A DNA stretch of 64,000 nt from a virus. The notes below the pieces were generated by a model. It saw only the letters and a list, made by a program, of their open reading frames with translations, ran no database searches and was not told the origin of the DNA. This document shows positions 38,697-48,780 of the stretch, one piece after another. Each line of letters starts with the position of its first letter. Position 1 is the stretch's first letter. The translations under genes and the position numbers were made by a program. Where the stretch lies: IMG/VR virus record IMGVR_UViG_3300028802_000009, positions 9,142 through 73,141 of that record. One strand, given 5' to 3'.

Positions 38697-39995
38697 TCAC
38701 TTCAGGCCGAAGGCGTCACGGACATCCGGAGCCGACTGCCAGAGACTCGACAACTTGTCGACTACTGCATCGCTTGCGGTCTTAGAGGTAGAACCGCCGA
38801 GTTTCGCGACGCCTGCGCGGGGGCGGGTACCAACAGTGCGAGTGCTGGCAGTACGACGCGAGCCCTGCTTCTGCTGAACCTGCGCTTGACCCTGATCGTC
38901 TTCCTCGACCTGCTCATCTTGCGCGAACAAGGTGCGAAGGATCTCATCCTCACCGGCAAGGACAACGTTTTCCGTGTCCAACGGCGCGGGGTCCATCTCG
39001 ATGTCGCCCTCAGCCAACGGACCACACGAGTCGTCGGCAAGCAGCTGCTCAAGGTCGTCATCACCGCCCAGCACCGGCTCTTGACTCGGGAACTGCTGAC
39101 CAAGCGCCTGTTGCTGACCCGGCACTTGCTGACCAAGCGCCTGTTGCTCGCCCGGCAGCTGTTGCCCCTGCGCTTGTTGAATCAGCTGCTGCAGCTGAGC
39201 CATCATCTGTTGCATCTGCGCTACCTGTTGCTGTCCATTGGCAGACTTGGTAGGCCAGTTGTCGTTGGACTTGGCATTCTGATCGCCGCCGTCATCCTTG
39301 GACTGCTGCTCAGAGTTCTTCTTCTTAGCCAACATCCTACGAGAGGCCTGCTTCTGCTGGCCGTCATCGTCATCGTCATCGTCGGCATCATCGTCGTCGC
39401 CGCCCTTGGACTTGGCCTTCATCTTTTCGATGTTCTCTTTGAACTGCGGAGGGATCTCGCCGGCCTGCTTGTCCTGACCCTCGTCAGAATCATCATCCTC
39501 AGCGAAGCCGTCATCGTCGTCGGCCTCCTCCTCGACATCCTCTTCGCCCTGCTCAGCAGCCAAACGCCGATGCGTATTGATCAGCTCCTGGTCAGGCACA
39601 TACATGAGAGCGAAAGCCTGGTCCTCGATCGCATCGATCCCAGCCACCTTTCCGCCACGCAGCATGAGCTTGGCAACAGCGACGCACAGCTCGGCCTTCT
39701 TCAGGCGAACCCGATCAGACGCAGTCTTCTCGGCATGATTGAAGGTATCTTTACGTAGTTCCGGCATACCGATCTCATCACGGGCCGTCTGTCCGTCAGA
39801 GTACTCCTCTTCCCAAGTATTGGGCGAGTGCACGTCTTCAGCGAAGTCAGACGGGTCACCAATCACGTACTCATCCATCGCAGGTTGTGGATGGTCTTGA
39901 TTCATCGAATAGACATCGCCCGCGACTTCAGCTGCCTGCTTCTTGGCAGCCTGCCTCGCGATCTCTTGAAGATTCCAGGTTGAACGCTCACGCAT
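38697..39995 (-). CDS. Scaffold/prohead core protein
   Basis: Acidic, Q-rich and low-complexity; lies between the protease and decoration genes; about nine K/R-x-A sites. Confidence 0.7.
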   Translation of the reverse strand: MRERSTWNLQEIARQAAKKQAAEVAGDVYSMNQDHPQPAMDEYVIGDPSDFAEDVHSPNTWEEEYSDGQTARDEIGMPELRKDTFNHAEKTASDRVRLKKAELCVAVAKLMLRGGKVAGIDAIEDQAFALMYVPDQELINTHRRLAAEQGEEDVEEEADDDDGFAEDDDSDEGQDKQAGEIPPQFKENIEKMKAKSKGGDDDDADDDDDDDGQQKQASRRMLAKKKNSEQQSKDDGGDQNAKSNDNWPTKSANGQQQVAQMQQMMAQLQQLIQQAQGQQLPGEQQALGQQVPGQQQALGQQFPSQEPVLGGDDDLEQLLADDSCGPLAEGDIEMDPAPLDTENVVLAGEDEILRTLFAQDEQVEEDDQGQAQVQQKQGSRRTASTRTVGTRPRAGVAKLGGSTSKTASDAVVDKLSSLWQSAPDVRDAFGLK

Positions 39996-40033
39996 GGCAG
40001 GGGTTTTCCTTTTCCTCGTAGGCTTGCAGTTGT

Positions 40034-40042
40034 ATAGAAAGA
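40034..40042 (-). promoter_or_regulatory. Putative late promoter element (TCTTTCTAT) for the scaffold-decoration-capsid operon
   Basis: Intergenic copy of the pyrimidine-RT motif. Confidence 0.45.
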
Positions 40043-40046
40043 AAGT

Positions 40047-41597
40047 TCACGACCGACCTAAGGCGTAGAGTCGACCCTTTTCAAGAAGTTTACTCGCCTC
40101 AGAGCCGGTCACTACCCGGCCAATTACTTGACGGCACGCCGCCAAGTAGGTCTCATCATCTTCATATGGAGCAGTACCGCCCACACTAAGCACTGTCCTA
40201 TAAACTCTTGTTTCACCGGCCATAGACGATTTCTTCGTCAAGACATCTAGAACGCGAGAGACCGCAAGGATCTCACGGCCCGTTAAACCGGCTTGCCTCA
40301 CCCGGCGCCATCCTCCGTTCTTCTGGAGGATGAGCCCTTGCAAGACTCGCTTGGCTTGTGCCTTTCCAACAAACGAAACCACGATCTTAGCGATGCGTCG
40401 CCACTGAGGGTGTTCGAGTGCCGAACGGATCAAGCTCTCATTCTGCTTGTTGTTGTCGACGATCTCGCGAACTTCGTTCGCTTCGCCCTTACTAATCTCT
40501 TGCCGAACATGCTCGATGGCCTTGTCCCGAAGAGCCGTCGACAGATCCTTGACCGCCTTACTGATGGGGTCTTCCTCTGCGCCTCCCGGTGGAGCCGGCG
40601 CGGGTGCGCCCTCCGCGGGAGCTGCCGCAGGATCTTCCGCGGGCGCTTGAGTCTGTTCTGCGGGTGCCTGCTCTGCTGGCGCTTGCTCTGCTGGCGCCTG
40701 GCCCTGACCTTGGGCACGCAAAACGCGAGCGGCTTTAGAAACCCCTCCGGGTATCGGCGATGGAGCGGATTTCGAGAAAGCCATGTGAATCTTGTTCTCA
40801 GCGTGCGCGACTTCTTCAGCCGACAAAACGCTACGCAGAACGGCGCCCTTGAAGGCGGGATTGGCTACCCACGATGCCTCGATGAAGCGCACCGAGGTCG
40901 GATCCGTGTGGTGCCCGCAAAGCTCTGCGACCTTCCGCCCAGTCTTCGATTCATCCAAGAACTGCTGGCCCTTGAAATACCGGATGCACGCGCATAGCTG
41001 GGTTTCGTCTTTGGCGACGTTGCCGCACTTCGTGCAGGTCGTTGAGCTGGTCGAGCACCCCATGCTCAGAGTCCCGAGCTGGCCGGACTTGATCGACCGA
41101 ATCAGGGCCGCGTGCTTTAGGTCGTTGGCAATCAGGATGTCGACGTAAACCGAGTCCCCAATGTCACGAGCCGCCGCGTCAATGATGCGCCCCTGAGATA
41201 GCTCGGGGATCTGCACGTGCTCGATGTACGACTGCGCTCCGACAAACGACTTGAATGACGACATCAGGAGCTTGCGCTCGAATGCGTCGTTGTTGTTGTT
41301 GATGTAGCGCTGCGTTTCGGGCGTGACGTAGTAGTCCTGATATGGCCGGTCGATCTCAAACCCATCGACAAAGTGGCGCCCGACCGGAGCGCTAGCGTTG
41401 TCAACGTCGACAGACGCGACAATCGTCGCGTGGCTAAGCATGTACCTAGCTGGGTCGTACTCCTGTAAGATGACCCGTGCAGTTCTCTTCTGAAAATCTA
41501 GCTCGGGCAAGATCGCCGTACGACGCAATGCATCCCACTCGGCGAACTTGATTCCCGGCTTCTGAAGAGTAGCTTTAGCGAACTTGAGAAATGCCAA
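40047..41597 (-). CDS. Prohead maturation protease with zinc insert and C-terminal extension
   Basis: YIEH (His), LSMGC (Ser), CTKC..CAC insert, FIEASWVANPAF; AEQAP linker repeats. Confidence 0.8.
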   Translation of the reverse strand: MAFLKFAKATLQKPGIKFAEWDALRRTAILPELDFQKRTARVILQEYDPARYMLSHATIVASVDVDNASAPVGRHFVDGFEIDRPYQDYYVTPETQRYINNNNDAFERKLLMSSFKSFVGAQSYIEHVQIPELSQGRIIDAAARDIGDSVYVDILIANDLKHAALIRSIKSGQLGTLSMGCSTSSTTCTKCGNVAKDETQLCACIRYFKGQQFLDESKTGRKVAELCGHHTDPTSVRFIEASWVANPAFKGAVLRSVLSAEEVAHAENKIHMAFSKSAPSPIPGGVSKAARVLRAQGQGQAPAEQAPAEQAPAEQTQAPAEDPAAAPAEGAPAPAPPGGAEEDPISKAVKDLSTALRDKAIEHVRQEISKGEANEVREIVDNNKQNESLIRSALEHPQWRRIAKIVVSFVGKAQAKRVLQGLILQKNGGWRRVRQAGLTGREILAVSRVLDVLTKKSSMAGETRVYRTVLSVGGTAPYEDDETYLAACRQVIGRVVTGSEASKLLEKGRLYALGRS

Positions 41598-41603
41598 GGC
41601 TGT

Positions 41604-42329
41604 TCACCATCCAATCGGCTCGCCCAGCGGACCCAAGATCGCATCCGACTTAAGCAAAAACAGGTCTTTGGGGCATGCGAACAACCGGACACGGGCACCC
41701 TTGTCCATCTTATAGGTTGTGCGACGCATTGAGGTCGCACACTTCGGACAGCGCGGCTTGCCAAGCTCCAACTCACCGGCAGTCACACGATACTGGCGAT
41801 TTTGCGCAACCCAGTATGCCGCGGTCTTCGCAATATGCTGCTGTATCCGCAGATCACGGAGCCTCTCGCCCACCCGATAGAACTTCTGCACTTCGGCCCG
41901 CAGCCCGTTATCATCCACGCCTTGAGCTGCGTATCGATGCCAGGCGTCGTCATACGCAGCTACCTCGGAAGCGCCAGTCGCCCAGCTCTTTGCCAAGCTT
42001 GTGTAGAATCCCCGTGGGAGCTTTGACCCCGCCCATGGGCTAGAGGAAGCCCACTTCTTACGGGCTTTCTCAATGTCGTAACTGCTGTAAGACTGGTCGA
42101 ACTCGGGTGGCAGCCACTGCACAAGGTTGGGATTGACCCGCACGACCTCATCCGGGCTCATGCGCTCGTTGCCATAGGGCCATTGGACATCCAGGCAACC
42201 CAAACCACGATGCACGGCCGTTACGCGCCCGGTGAAAGGCGATAGAGACCAAGCGTCCGCCCCAGGAGCGTACCGTTGCACGGGATCGCCCTGCTTGAAG
42301 TCTTTGACGAGTTTCCAGATGTCGATCAT
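41604..42329 (-). CDS. Hypothetical head protein with SH3-like N-domain and C-terminal zinc ribbon
   Basis: FKQGDPV...GRVTAV...DVQWP; KTAA; CPKC...ACP. Confidence 0.6.
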   Translation of the reverse strand: MIDIWKLVKDFKQGDPVQRYAPGADAWSLSPFTGRVTAVHRGLGCLDVQWPYGNERMSPDEVVRVNPNLVQWLPPEFDQSYSSYDIEKARKKWASSSPWAGSKLPRGFYTSLAKSWATGASEVAAYDDAWHRYAAQGVDDNGLRAEVQKFYRVGERLRDLRIQQHIAKTAAYWVAQNRQYRVTAGELELGKPRCPKCATSMRRTTYKMDKGARVRLFACPKDLFLLKSDAILGPLGEPIGW

Positions 42330-42387
42330 GTTTGCGGTCCTCGTGCGGTCTCACACTCGCTCGGGCCAGCTTCAGGCCCCACACGGG

Positions 42388-45300
42388 TCACTTAGCCAGC
42401 GGGCGACCACTCGTGGACTTGCCGCTGCGAACGCCAGACGAATCGTCGGACTTGTACGCCTTCATATACGGCTCGTCGGCTTCCATCTGAATAGGCTGCT
42501 GAGGATTCTTGAACGTGTCCATGTACTTCTCATCGGAGTCGCGCTGCAACACCTGCGCTAGCTTAGAGCGGCCGATCTCGCTCGCCTGACGGTTCAGCAA
42601 CGATTCCTCACCGTAGGTTGCGGCTTCTAGGTCGTCCGCGATCTTATCGATCGCGTTCACCAGATTCTTAGCCGCCGTAAAGTCCATCCCCCACTTGCCA
42701 TGGTTAGACTGGACAACGGAGGCCATGCGGTCCAGGCGGGCCAAAAGCCCATCAGCCTGGGCGGTCTCAAGTTGAAGTTTGTTGTTCGGCATCGTGTTCC
42801 TCGCAGTTCTTGATCTAACCGTAAGTAGCGTCTCGTTCTCAGACACACCTGCAAGGCGTGCCAAGAGCTTGTTGTAAACAGTCGGATGTATCGCGTGATC
42901 GTAATTCTCATCGCGCAGAGCGAGATCCAGAGCCGCACGCAACTGGGTATCCCGGACAACGCCCTCGACCTTGGTCGACAGCGCTGGCGTGGAGAGCCAT
43001 TCGCGAGCCGCCTTTAGAAGCCGTGTATAGACCGGCTCACCGAGGTCTCTAGCCTGTGGCTGCTGCCACTTTCGATAAGGCTCGAAACCCTCATGGCCCT
43101 TGGGATAGGGGGCGACGCCCCAATAGACAGCAGAACGATCCATCGCACAAGTAGCGGAATAAAAAGAAAAGGCGTGCCCAGTGGTCCGATCCGCGACTCT
43201 TTGGGCGGCACGGCGCGAAGCGAAGTCATCCCAGATTTCCTGCGCGAACCCTGCCTGTTCTTCCGGGTCCTCAACGTCCCCCTTGTAGCGGGGCGGCTTG
43301 CGCGGAGGCTTCGGGGCGGCAATCTTCTGCTTTCTCAGACGTTCGCTACCCGTGGGAGGTGGCTCAGCGTCAACATCACCCGACTCCTTGAGCTTCTTGG
43401 AGTATGCCTTGTAGTCTGACTCGAACTCCTTGCTCGCCTTATGAAGCTGCTCCCGATAGTCCTGGGCGGACTTCTTGTACTTCACCATCTCTTGTTCGTA
43501 GTGCCGATTGTCCTGCTGATCTAAGATGCCCTGGACCGCATGCTGCTTGTCGGGTCGCAGATTCGCCAGATGCTTCATGACGCGATCCCGAAACGTCGTG
43601 TATGTGTCCTGCGAAGTCGCCTCGTCCGGGTATCGTTTTGACCGTTCGCGAAGAAACTCGGTCGCCTTACCGAGGCCCTTGGCAATCGCCTCCGGTGACT
43701 GTCGCTCGGAGATGGGGGCAAACCCCTTCGGGTCCAAGAATCGCTTGCGGGCCTCGCGGTAATCATTCGCCTGACAATAGCTAACAGCCAGCTTTTGGAG
43801 GTCCGGGTCCTTAGTGGACTTCAAAAGCTTCTGCGCTTGTTTATCTGAGAGGTCGGATGGGTCCGACTTGAGCTGCAACCCGCCGTAGAACAGACGCTCT
43901 GCCTCAGCAGTCGCCCGCTTACTGCGGTCCTCTGGGCTCTCTCCAGAACCTGAGAGCGCAAAGTTGGACATGGCGTCAGCCAGCTCCTTTGGCGCCCCCT
44001 TCCTAGCGAAGGCTTTAGCGACCGCACTCTCCGCGGCCAAACTCATAGCAACGGTCTTCACCTGATGCTTACGGTAAGCTTTCGCACCCTCAATCGGATC
44101 GGTGATGCTCTTGAACTCAACATCATTACCGTCCGCGTCCTTCACCATCTTGGGTGCCGGGACATTGTTGGGGTCGGTCGTGTAGAAGGAGGACGCCTCG
44201 TCAACAAGCGACGAGATATCCTCGGGGACGCGAATAGCGGTCACCTTCTCATAGTCTGCGACCATTTCCTGTATCTCGTCCGGGTGGTACCGGGGCTTGT
44301 TGGCGAACAGTATCTTGGCAGCCAGCTCACGCGGGAACGTCTTCATGACGAGCCGATCAGCTGCCTGGCGTTCTGCCTCTGTGACAGGTCTATCTGGCTG
44401 AAACGGGGCGAACTTGGGCGCGTTGGGGTCCTCTGGCGCCGTAGGCTTCGCTTTTGCCGGCCCCTTCTTCGCTTTGGCAACACCGGCCGAGCTGCGGGGT
44501 TTGAGCGATTTCGCGAGGGACTTAAGCCGTTTGGCCGTATCGCGAGATGTGTTAGGTTTGGCAGCCGTGTCTTGGAGTAACTGAATGGCCTGGTCGACAA
44601 GTTCTGGCTTTATCGGGTCACCTCCCTGTAAATAGAACACAAGCTTGCCGACTGCGTTGGAGGCTGAAGCTGGGTTAAACCCCGCGTCCTCCCAGACTTT
44701 GGTGATCTCAGCTTCCAGAGCTTCATCATCCGACTGAGCGGGCTTGGCGGCAGGTGCTCCTTGTGCCGGAGCAGGCTGTTGGGCGGGAGGTGGCTGTTGA
44801 CCAGGGCCTGGCTGTTGAGGTGGCTGTTGACCAGGGGCAGCTTGTGGTGGTGCCCCTTGAGCGGGAGCCTGCGTAGGAGCAGCTTGCGGGACCTCACCGG
44901 GTGTGGCTTCTTCGCCGGGAGCAACGGGCTTTTTCTTGCCCTTTTGTTTCTGCTCCTTGATGCTTTCGCGCGCGCGAGCCTCCACCTCCTCATCAGTCGG
45001 CGGCCCTTTTTTCTGGAGTTCAGCAAGAGCGGCTTTCGTTTCCGCCAGCTCCTTCATGATTTGCTCGCGCTCGGCGGTCGCCTTGAGAGCCTCCTTGATG
45101 GCAGCGCGCTCCTTTTGGGCGCCCTCTGACTTTGGGTCCTCCTTCAGCTCCTCTTTGACCTCCTTCAAGCGGTTCTTGAGCTGGACGCGTTCAGCGGCCG
45201 AGTCGCTCGTGTCTGGAGCTTCATCCGGACCTTTCTTGGGCTTTGGAGCTTGCCCTTGGACGCTCATGACGCGCGCCAAGTCCGAAACCGTCTTGATGCC

Positions 45301-45993
45301 TTCTGGCAGCGCTCTTCCCTGCATAAAGGGTTTAGCGCTGTAGCCAGGATTGTTCTTGGCGAACTGAGAGTTATCCGAGTCGGGTCTCCGGAATGACTTC
45401 AGGAATGCCTCGAACTTGGGATCCTCTTTCGCCAGCTGTCTCAGGGCATCGCGTGCCGCCATGTCCTTTTCGACATTCGGCTGCGCCGCGGGCTCCTTGG
45501 CTTGAGGTTCTTTCTCTTCGCCGGTTGGCTTTGGTACAAGTTTGAGGTTTGGCTTACCGACAGGCTTTGGCTTATCAGCTGGCTTTGGCTCGGCAGTCGG
45601 CTTTGGCTTGCCCTTGAAAGTCTCTTCTTCGGAGTCATCCGCGAGTTCGTATTTGCCAGGCAGCTCTTTAAGCTTCTCCGGGCTGATCTTACCCACCCAT
45701 CCTGTGGCTTTGGATCGGACCTTGACCTTCTTCCCCTGTGGGTCAGTCGCCTTGGCGCCCGGAGCGTTGGCCGCCCAGCGACGCAGGATTCTCGCCGCGG
45801 TCGATCCACCGATATCTTTGAAGTTTTTGGACTGGTCCTTGTCCCTATTGTCTAGGTCAGGGTCGTCATCCGGCTCCACCCGCTCCCTGCGTAGGTCATG
45901 CCGTGCCGGCTTAACCTTGGGGCTCGGGCGAACAAGCCGCTCGACTTCTTCATCCTCCCGCTCTCCGCGGCTCTTCGTAGCTTCGCGATCCAT
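42388..45993 (-). CDS. Large putative internal head (poly)protein with nested in-frame starts at 43143 and 42792
   Basis: 1201 aa, K/E/P/Q-rich; RILRRWAA, RVADR, RTA and RQAS motifs; internal promoter-like tract and internal SD. Confidence 0.7.
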   Translation of the reverse strand: MDREATKSRGEREDEEVERLVRPSPKVKPARHDLRRERVEPDDDPDLDNRDKDQSKNFKDIGGSTAARILRRWAANAPGAKATDPQGKKVKVRSKATGWVGKISPEKLKELPGKYELADDSEEETFKGKPKPTAEPKPADKPKPVGKPNLKLVPKPTGEEKEPQAKEPAAQPNVEKDMAARDALRQLAKEDPKFEAFLKSFRRPDSDNSQFAKNNPGYSAKPFMQGRALPEGIKTVSDLARVMSVQGQAPKPKKGPDEAPDTSDSAAERVQLKNRLKEVKEELKEDPKSEGAQKERAAIKEALKATAEREQIMKELAETKAALAELQKKGPPTDEEVEARARESIKEQKQKGKKKPVAPGEEATPGEVPQAAPTQAPAQGAPPQAAPGQQPPQQPGPGQQPPPAQQPAPAQGAPAAKPAQSDDEALEAEITKVWEDAGFNPASASNAVGKLVFYLQGGDPIKPELVDQAIQLLQDTAAKPNTSRDTAKRLKSLAKSLKPRSSAGVAKAKKGPAKAKPTAPEDPNAPKFAPFQPDRPVTEAERQAADRLVMKTFPRELAAKILFANKPRYHPDEIQEMVADYEKVTAIRVPEDISSLVDEASSFYTTDPNNVPAPKMVKDADGNDVEFKSITDPIEGAKAYRKHQVKTVAMSLAAESAVAKAFARKGAPKELADAMSNFALSGSGESPEDRSKRATAEAERLFYGGLQLKSDPSDLSDKQAQKLLKSTKDPDLQKLAVSYCQANDYREARKRFLDPKGFAPISERQSPEAIAKGLGKATEFLRERSKRYPDEATSQDTYTTFRDRVMKHLANLRPDKQHAVQGILDQQDNRHYEQEMVKYKKSAQDYREQLHKASKEFESDYKAYSKKLKESGDVDAEPPPTGSERLRKQKIAAPKPPRKPPRYKGDVEDPEEQAGFAQEIWDDFASRRAAQRVADRTTGHAFSFYSATCAMDRSAVYWGVAPYPKGHEGFEPYRKWQQPQARDLGEPVYTRLLKAAREWLSTPALSTKVEGVVRDTQLRAALDLALRDENYDHAIHPTVYNKLLARLAGVSENETLLTVRSRTARNTMPNNKLQLETAQADGLLARLDRMASVVQSNHGKWGMDFTAAKNLVNAIDKIADDLEAATYGEESLLNRQASEIGRSKLAQVLQRDSDEKYMDTFKNPQQPIQMEADEPYMKAYKSDDSSGVRSGKSTSGRPLAK
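43159..43167 (-). promoter_or_regulatory. Promoter-like element (TCTTTTTAT) inside the 1201-aa ORF
   Basis: T-rich motif 15 nt before an in-frame ATG (MDRSA), mirroring TCTTTCGAT 17 nt before the ORF's own ATG (MDREA). Confidence 0.5.
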
Positions 45994-46010
45994 TCGATAG
46001 GATCGAATTC

Positions 46011-46019
46011 ATCGAAAGA
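46011..46019 (-). promoter_or_regulatory. Putative late promoter element (TCTTTCGAT)
   Basis: Lies between the portal stop and ATG 45993; no SD present, so possibly leaderless. Confidence 0.4.
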
Positions 46020-47795
46020 TCAACCGAACCGGTCGTCAGGGGGCGCCTCTTGCTCCACCTTCTTGAGACCAAGGGTCTTAATGAGGCGATCGGTTACGTC
46101 AGTCTTGGTCACGAGTTCGTTGGACGCCGCACCGTAGATACCGCGCATCAACTCGTTAAAGAGGGCATCGTTGACGGTGAACAGGTCCCGCTCCAACTTG
46201 ACCCTAGTGTCATCTGGGTCGATATTGAACATCTCCAGGATGAGGGAGATATCGATCGAGCCCTTGTTGTAAAGGTTGAAAAGCGCATCGTACGTATCTT
46301 GAGAGTCGCGCAATGGAAGCCGCGTAAATGAGAGCCGAGGAAACAACACGACCTCTCCGCCCCATTGATTTTTCTCGACAAACCCCTTGCGACGCGCCAC
46401 GGGTTTGAAGATGTGTTTCTCGACGTACTCCTGAAGCATCTCGCGCAGGAACATGTAACGCGTGTTGATCACCTCCAGCTTGAGGCGGTCGCCCGAGTAC
46501 AGTTGCTCACCGGAAAGCAGGCTCTCCGTAACCCCGAGCCCAGCAAAGAGCTGCTTGTCTGTGATCTCGTACTCGCTCGAAAGATCGAGCAAGCGATCCT
46601 TGGACCCCATCTCTTCCCAGTGGACCTCGTAGTTCGCGACGATCGAGTAGTCCGGGTCAACCAGTGACAGGTCGACCTGTTCCCGTAGGTCCATCACGTC
46701 CAACTCAGAAATCTTATCGCCCCAAACGATTCGCTTAGGGGTCATGGCGCGAGACGCAATCTGCGTCTGAGCTTGGCGCAACTTTTCCCGATACATCAAC
46801 GTGCGCAACACTCGGTCGAGGATGCTCTGACCAAGGTCCTCACCCGCACCACGGCGACCGGCGAGATAGTACACGAACGATCCTTCATCCGCGTCTGTCC
46901 CGAGTGGAATGAGCTTGCCCTGCTCCAGGTGGTTGCGAACTTCTTCCGGGATCTCGCGAACCATCTCCTCCGCAAAATCATCGCCGGCCTTCGCCTGCTC
47001 GATGAGCGCCCGATCACGATCCGCAGGGATCAACTCGACCTTCATTTTGTCGGTGAACGAATAAGTGGTGACCTTCACTTGGTCAATCGGCAAGACGATG
47101 ATCCGGTCCCAGCCTTTATAGTGCTGCTGATAATATGCCAGCTCTTGGTCGTCCCGATCGGCGCGCTCGACCCGAGTAACGTCGGGCTCCTCCACCGCTT
47201 CACCGTCCTCGGTGACCTTGGATTTGGTCCCAACCGACTGCACGTCAAACCCGACATCATCAGGGACATCCACCGCCGAATCTTCGGCGAACGAGAACAC
47301 CGACCCGTCCAGCCAGTAGTGATGCACCATCGTCACCAAGCGCTGAAACAGCTTGATGCGATCGCACATCTCCGTGAAGAACCAGAGGATATAGTTGCCG
47401 TAATCGTGCGCGTCCTTGAATCCTTCCGGACAGGTCGTCGGCTTCGGAGTGGCGAGCCGGACCTTGGACAATGGCAGCTCAGTATGCAGGTCGATCGACT
47501 GTCCCACGATGGGGTCAGTATTGTAGAAATGCCGGTACAGCTCGCGCTTTTCGCGCAACGACTGCGGCAACTCCAGGAAGTCTGTCGACAGCTGCGGAGA
47601 AAAGAACTGGCCAGCTGTGGCCAGCGTCGTGTTCATCGAACCGCCGTCATTGGCCTTCTTTAGCCGACGCGCCTCTCGCTCCTTGTCCGTCAGCCCGTTG
47701 ACCGGGTTCTTAGCCACGTACGGTCGGCTCTGGACCTTCGTGGTCTGGGGTAGCGACACCCCACGTCTAACGTTGGTAAAATCTTTTGCCATCAC
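46020..47795 (-). CDS. Portal protein
   Basis: FYNTDPIVGQSIDLHTELPLS, YWLDGSVF, GQSILDRVLRTL, FAGLGVTESLL; located between TerL and the protease. Confidence 0.85.
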   Translation of the reverse strand: MMAKDFTNVRRGVSLPQTTKVQSRPYVAKNPVNGLTDKEREARRLKKANDGGSMNTTLATAGQFFSPQLSTDFLELPQSLREKRELYRHFYNTDPIVGQSIDLHTELPLSKVRLATPKPTTCPEGFKDAHDYGNYILWFFTEMCDRIKLFQRLVTMVHHYWLDGSVFSFAEDSAVDVPDDVGFDVQSVGTKSKVTEDGEAVEEPDVTRVERADRDDQELAYYQQHYKGWDRIIVLPIDQVKVTTYSFTDKMKVELIPADRDRALIEQAKAGDDFAEEMVREIPEEVRNHLEQGKLIPLGTDADEGSFVYYLAGRRGAGEDLGQSILDRVLRTLMYREKLRQAQTQIASRAMTPKRIVWGDKISELDVMDLREQVDLSLVDPDYSIVANYEVHWEEMGSKDRLLDLSSEYEITDKQLFAGLGVTESLLSGEQLYSGDRLKLEVINTRYMFLREMLQEYVEKHIFKPVARRKGFVEKNQWGGEVVLFPRLSFTRLPLRDSQDTYDALFNLYNKGSIDISLILEMFNIDPDDTRVKLERDLFTVNDALFNELMRGIYGAASNELVTKTDVTDRLIKTLGLKKVEQEAPPDDRFG

Positions 47796-48214
47796 TCAGT
47801 ACCACTTGCGTCCCCGTCCACCACGGCTTGGATGACGCCATCCGTAAGGTCTGAGTCCTCTCGATACATATTGAGCAGAGACTCCACCGGAGTGGAAGCC
47901 ACGGGGGCCTGCCTGATAGGTGGTTTGACAATAGATTCTGCAGGCGCTTCGGGAGTTAGCCCCTTGAGAACTCGACCGCCAGCCGAAGCTCTCTTGAGCC
48001 CTTGCCCCGCCATCCCCGAAAAACGGGTCCACGTCGAGGCGAAGCGCATGTAGATAGCGGTGTTGTCGTCAGCGGGTGCCCGCCGCACCCGTTGGTAAAG
48101 ACTCTGCGCGAGCCCCTGGATACGTGAAAAACGAGAATCTAGTTCTTGACGAAGTGAGGCGATTTCCGCCACAATCGCAGCCGGCTCCATTCGATCTGGC
48201 GGGGTGAGATTCAT
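47792..48214 (-). CDS. Hypothetical helical protein
   Basis: Four-nt overlaps with both neighbours. Confidence 0.6.
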   Translation of the reverse strand: MNLTPPDRMEPAAIVAEIASLRQELDSRFSRIQGLAQSLYQRVRRAPADDNTAIYMRFASTWTRFSGMAGQGLKRASAGGRVLKGLTPEAPAESIVKPPIRQAPVASTPVESLLNMYREDSDLTDGVIQAVVDGDASGTE

Positions 48215-48780
48215 AGACCGGCTTGGATCCCCAAGAAGAATTGATTGACTGGCATCGGGGTCTGATTCACGAAGCCGGCGACAGAAGCGGGCGTGAACGA
48301 TAGAGCTGGAGCCACCGATGACTCATCCTCTCTAGTCCACAATCCGCGCCTCGAAAAATAGAGCGGGTCCCGAACAGCATACACCAGAGGGACGAGCGGC
48401 CCGCCCCCAACTCTCGATGCATATGTGTATCTCTCGTAACTGGAGGTTGTCAGAATGTTGTTACCCCCCATCATCACGGCAGATCCCGGATGAACCAACT
48501 GAGCCCTCGTGCTGCCCACAAACTTGTCCGCCGACTCATCACTCCCCCACAGCATGAAGCCGCCGTATAGCCCGTTCGAGTAACTGACGACGGGCTCCGG
48601 TAGCGAAGAGTCGACCCACATCACGCCTTGTCCCCCGGCCCACCCGCCCTGCACCATCGCTGCGTCAACCGTGACGACGTGAGCGTCCCCCTTCGCAAAC
48701 AGGATGCAATCACGCGATCGAACCATGTCTAGCCCGTGAAAATCGATCTCGAAGGCGCCTACTGGAGGTGGGAAAGGCAT
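48211..48780 (-). CDS. Decoration-like paralog C
   Basis: Start set to ATG 48780 (TAATG); GW.GGQG..W...GGF.LWGSDE..D...YERYT. Confidence 0.7.
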   Translation of the reverse strand: MPFPPPVGAFEIDFHGLDMVRSRDCILFAKGDAHVVTVDAAMVQGGWAGGQGVMWVDSSLPEPVVSYSNGLYGGFMLWGSDESADKFVGSTRAQLVHPGSAVMMGGNNILTTSSYERYTYASRVGGGPLVPLVYAVRDPLYFSRRGLWTREDESSVAPALSFTPASVAGFVNQTPMPVNQFFLGIQAGL

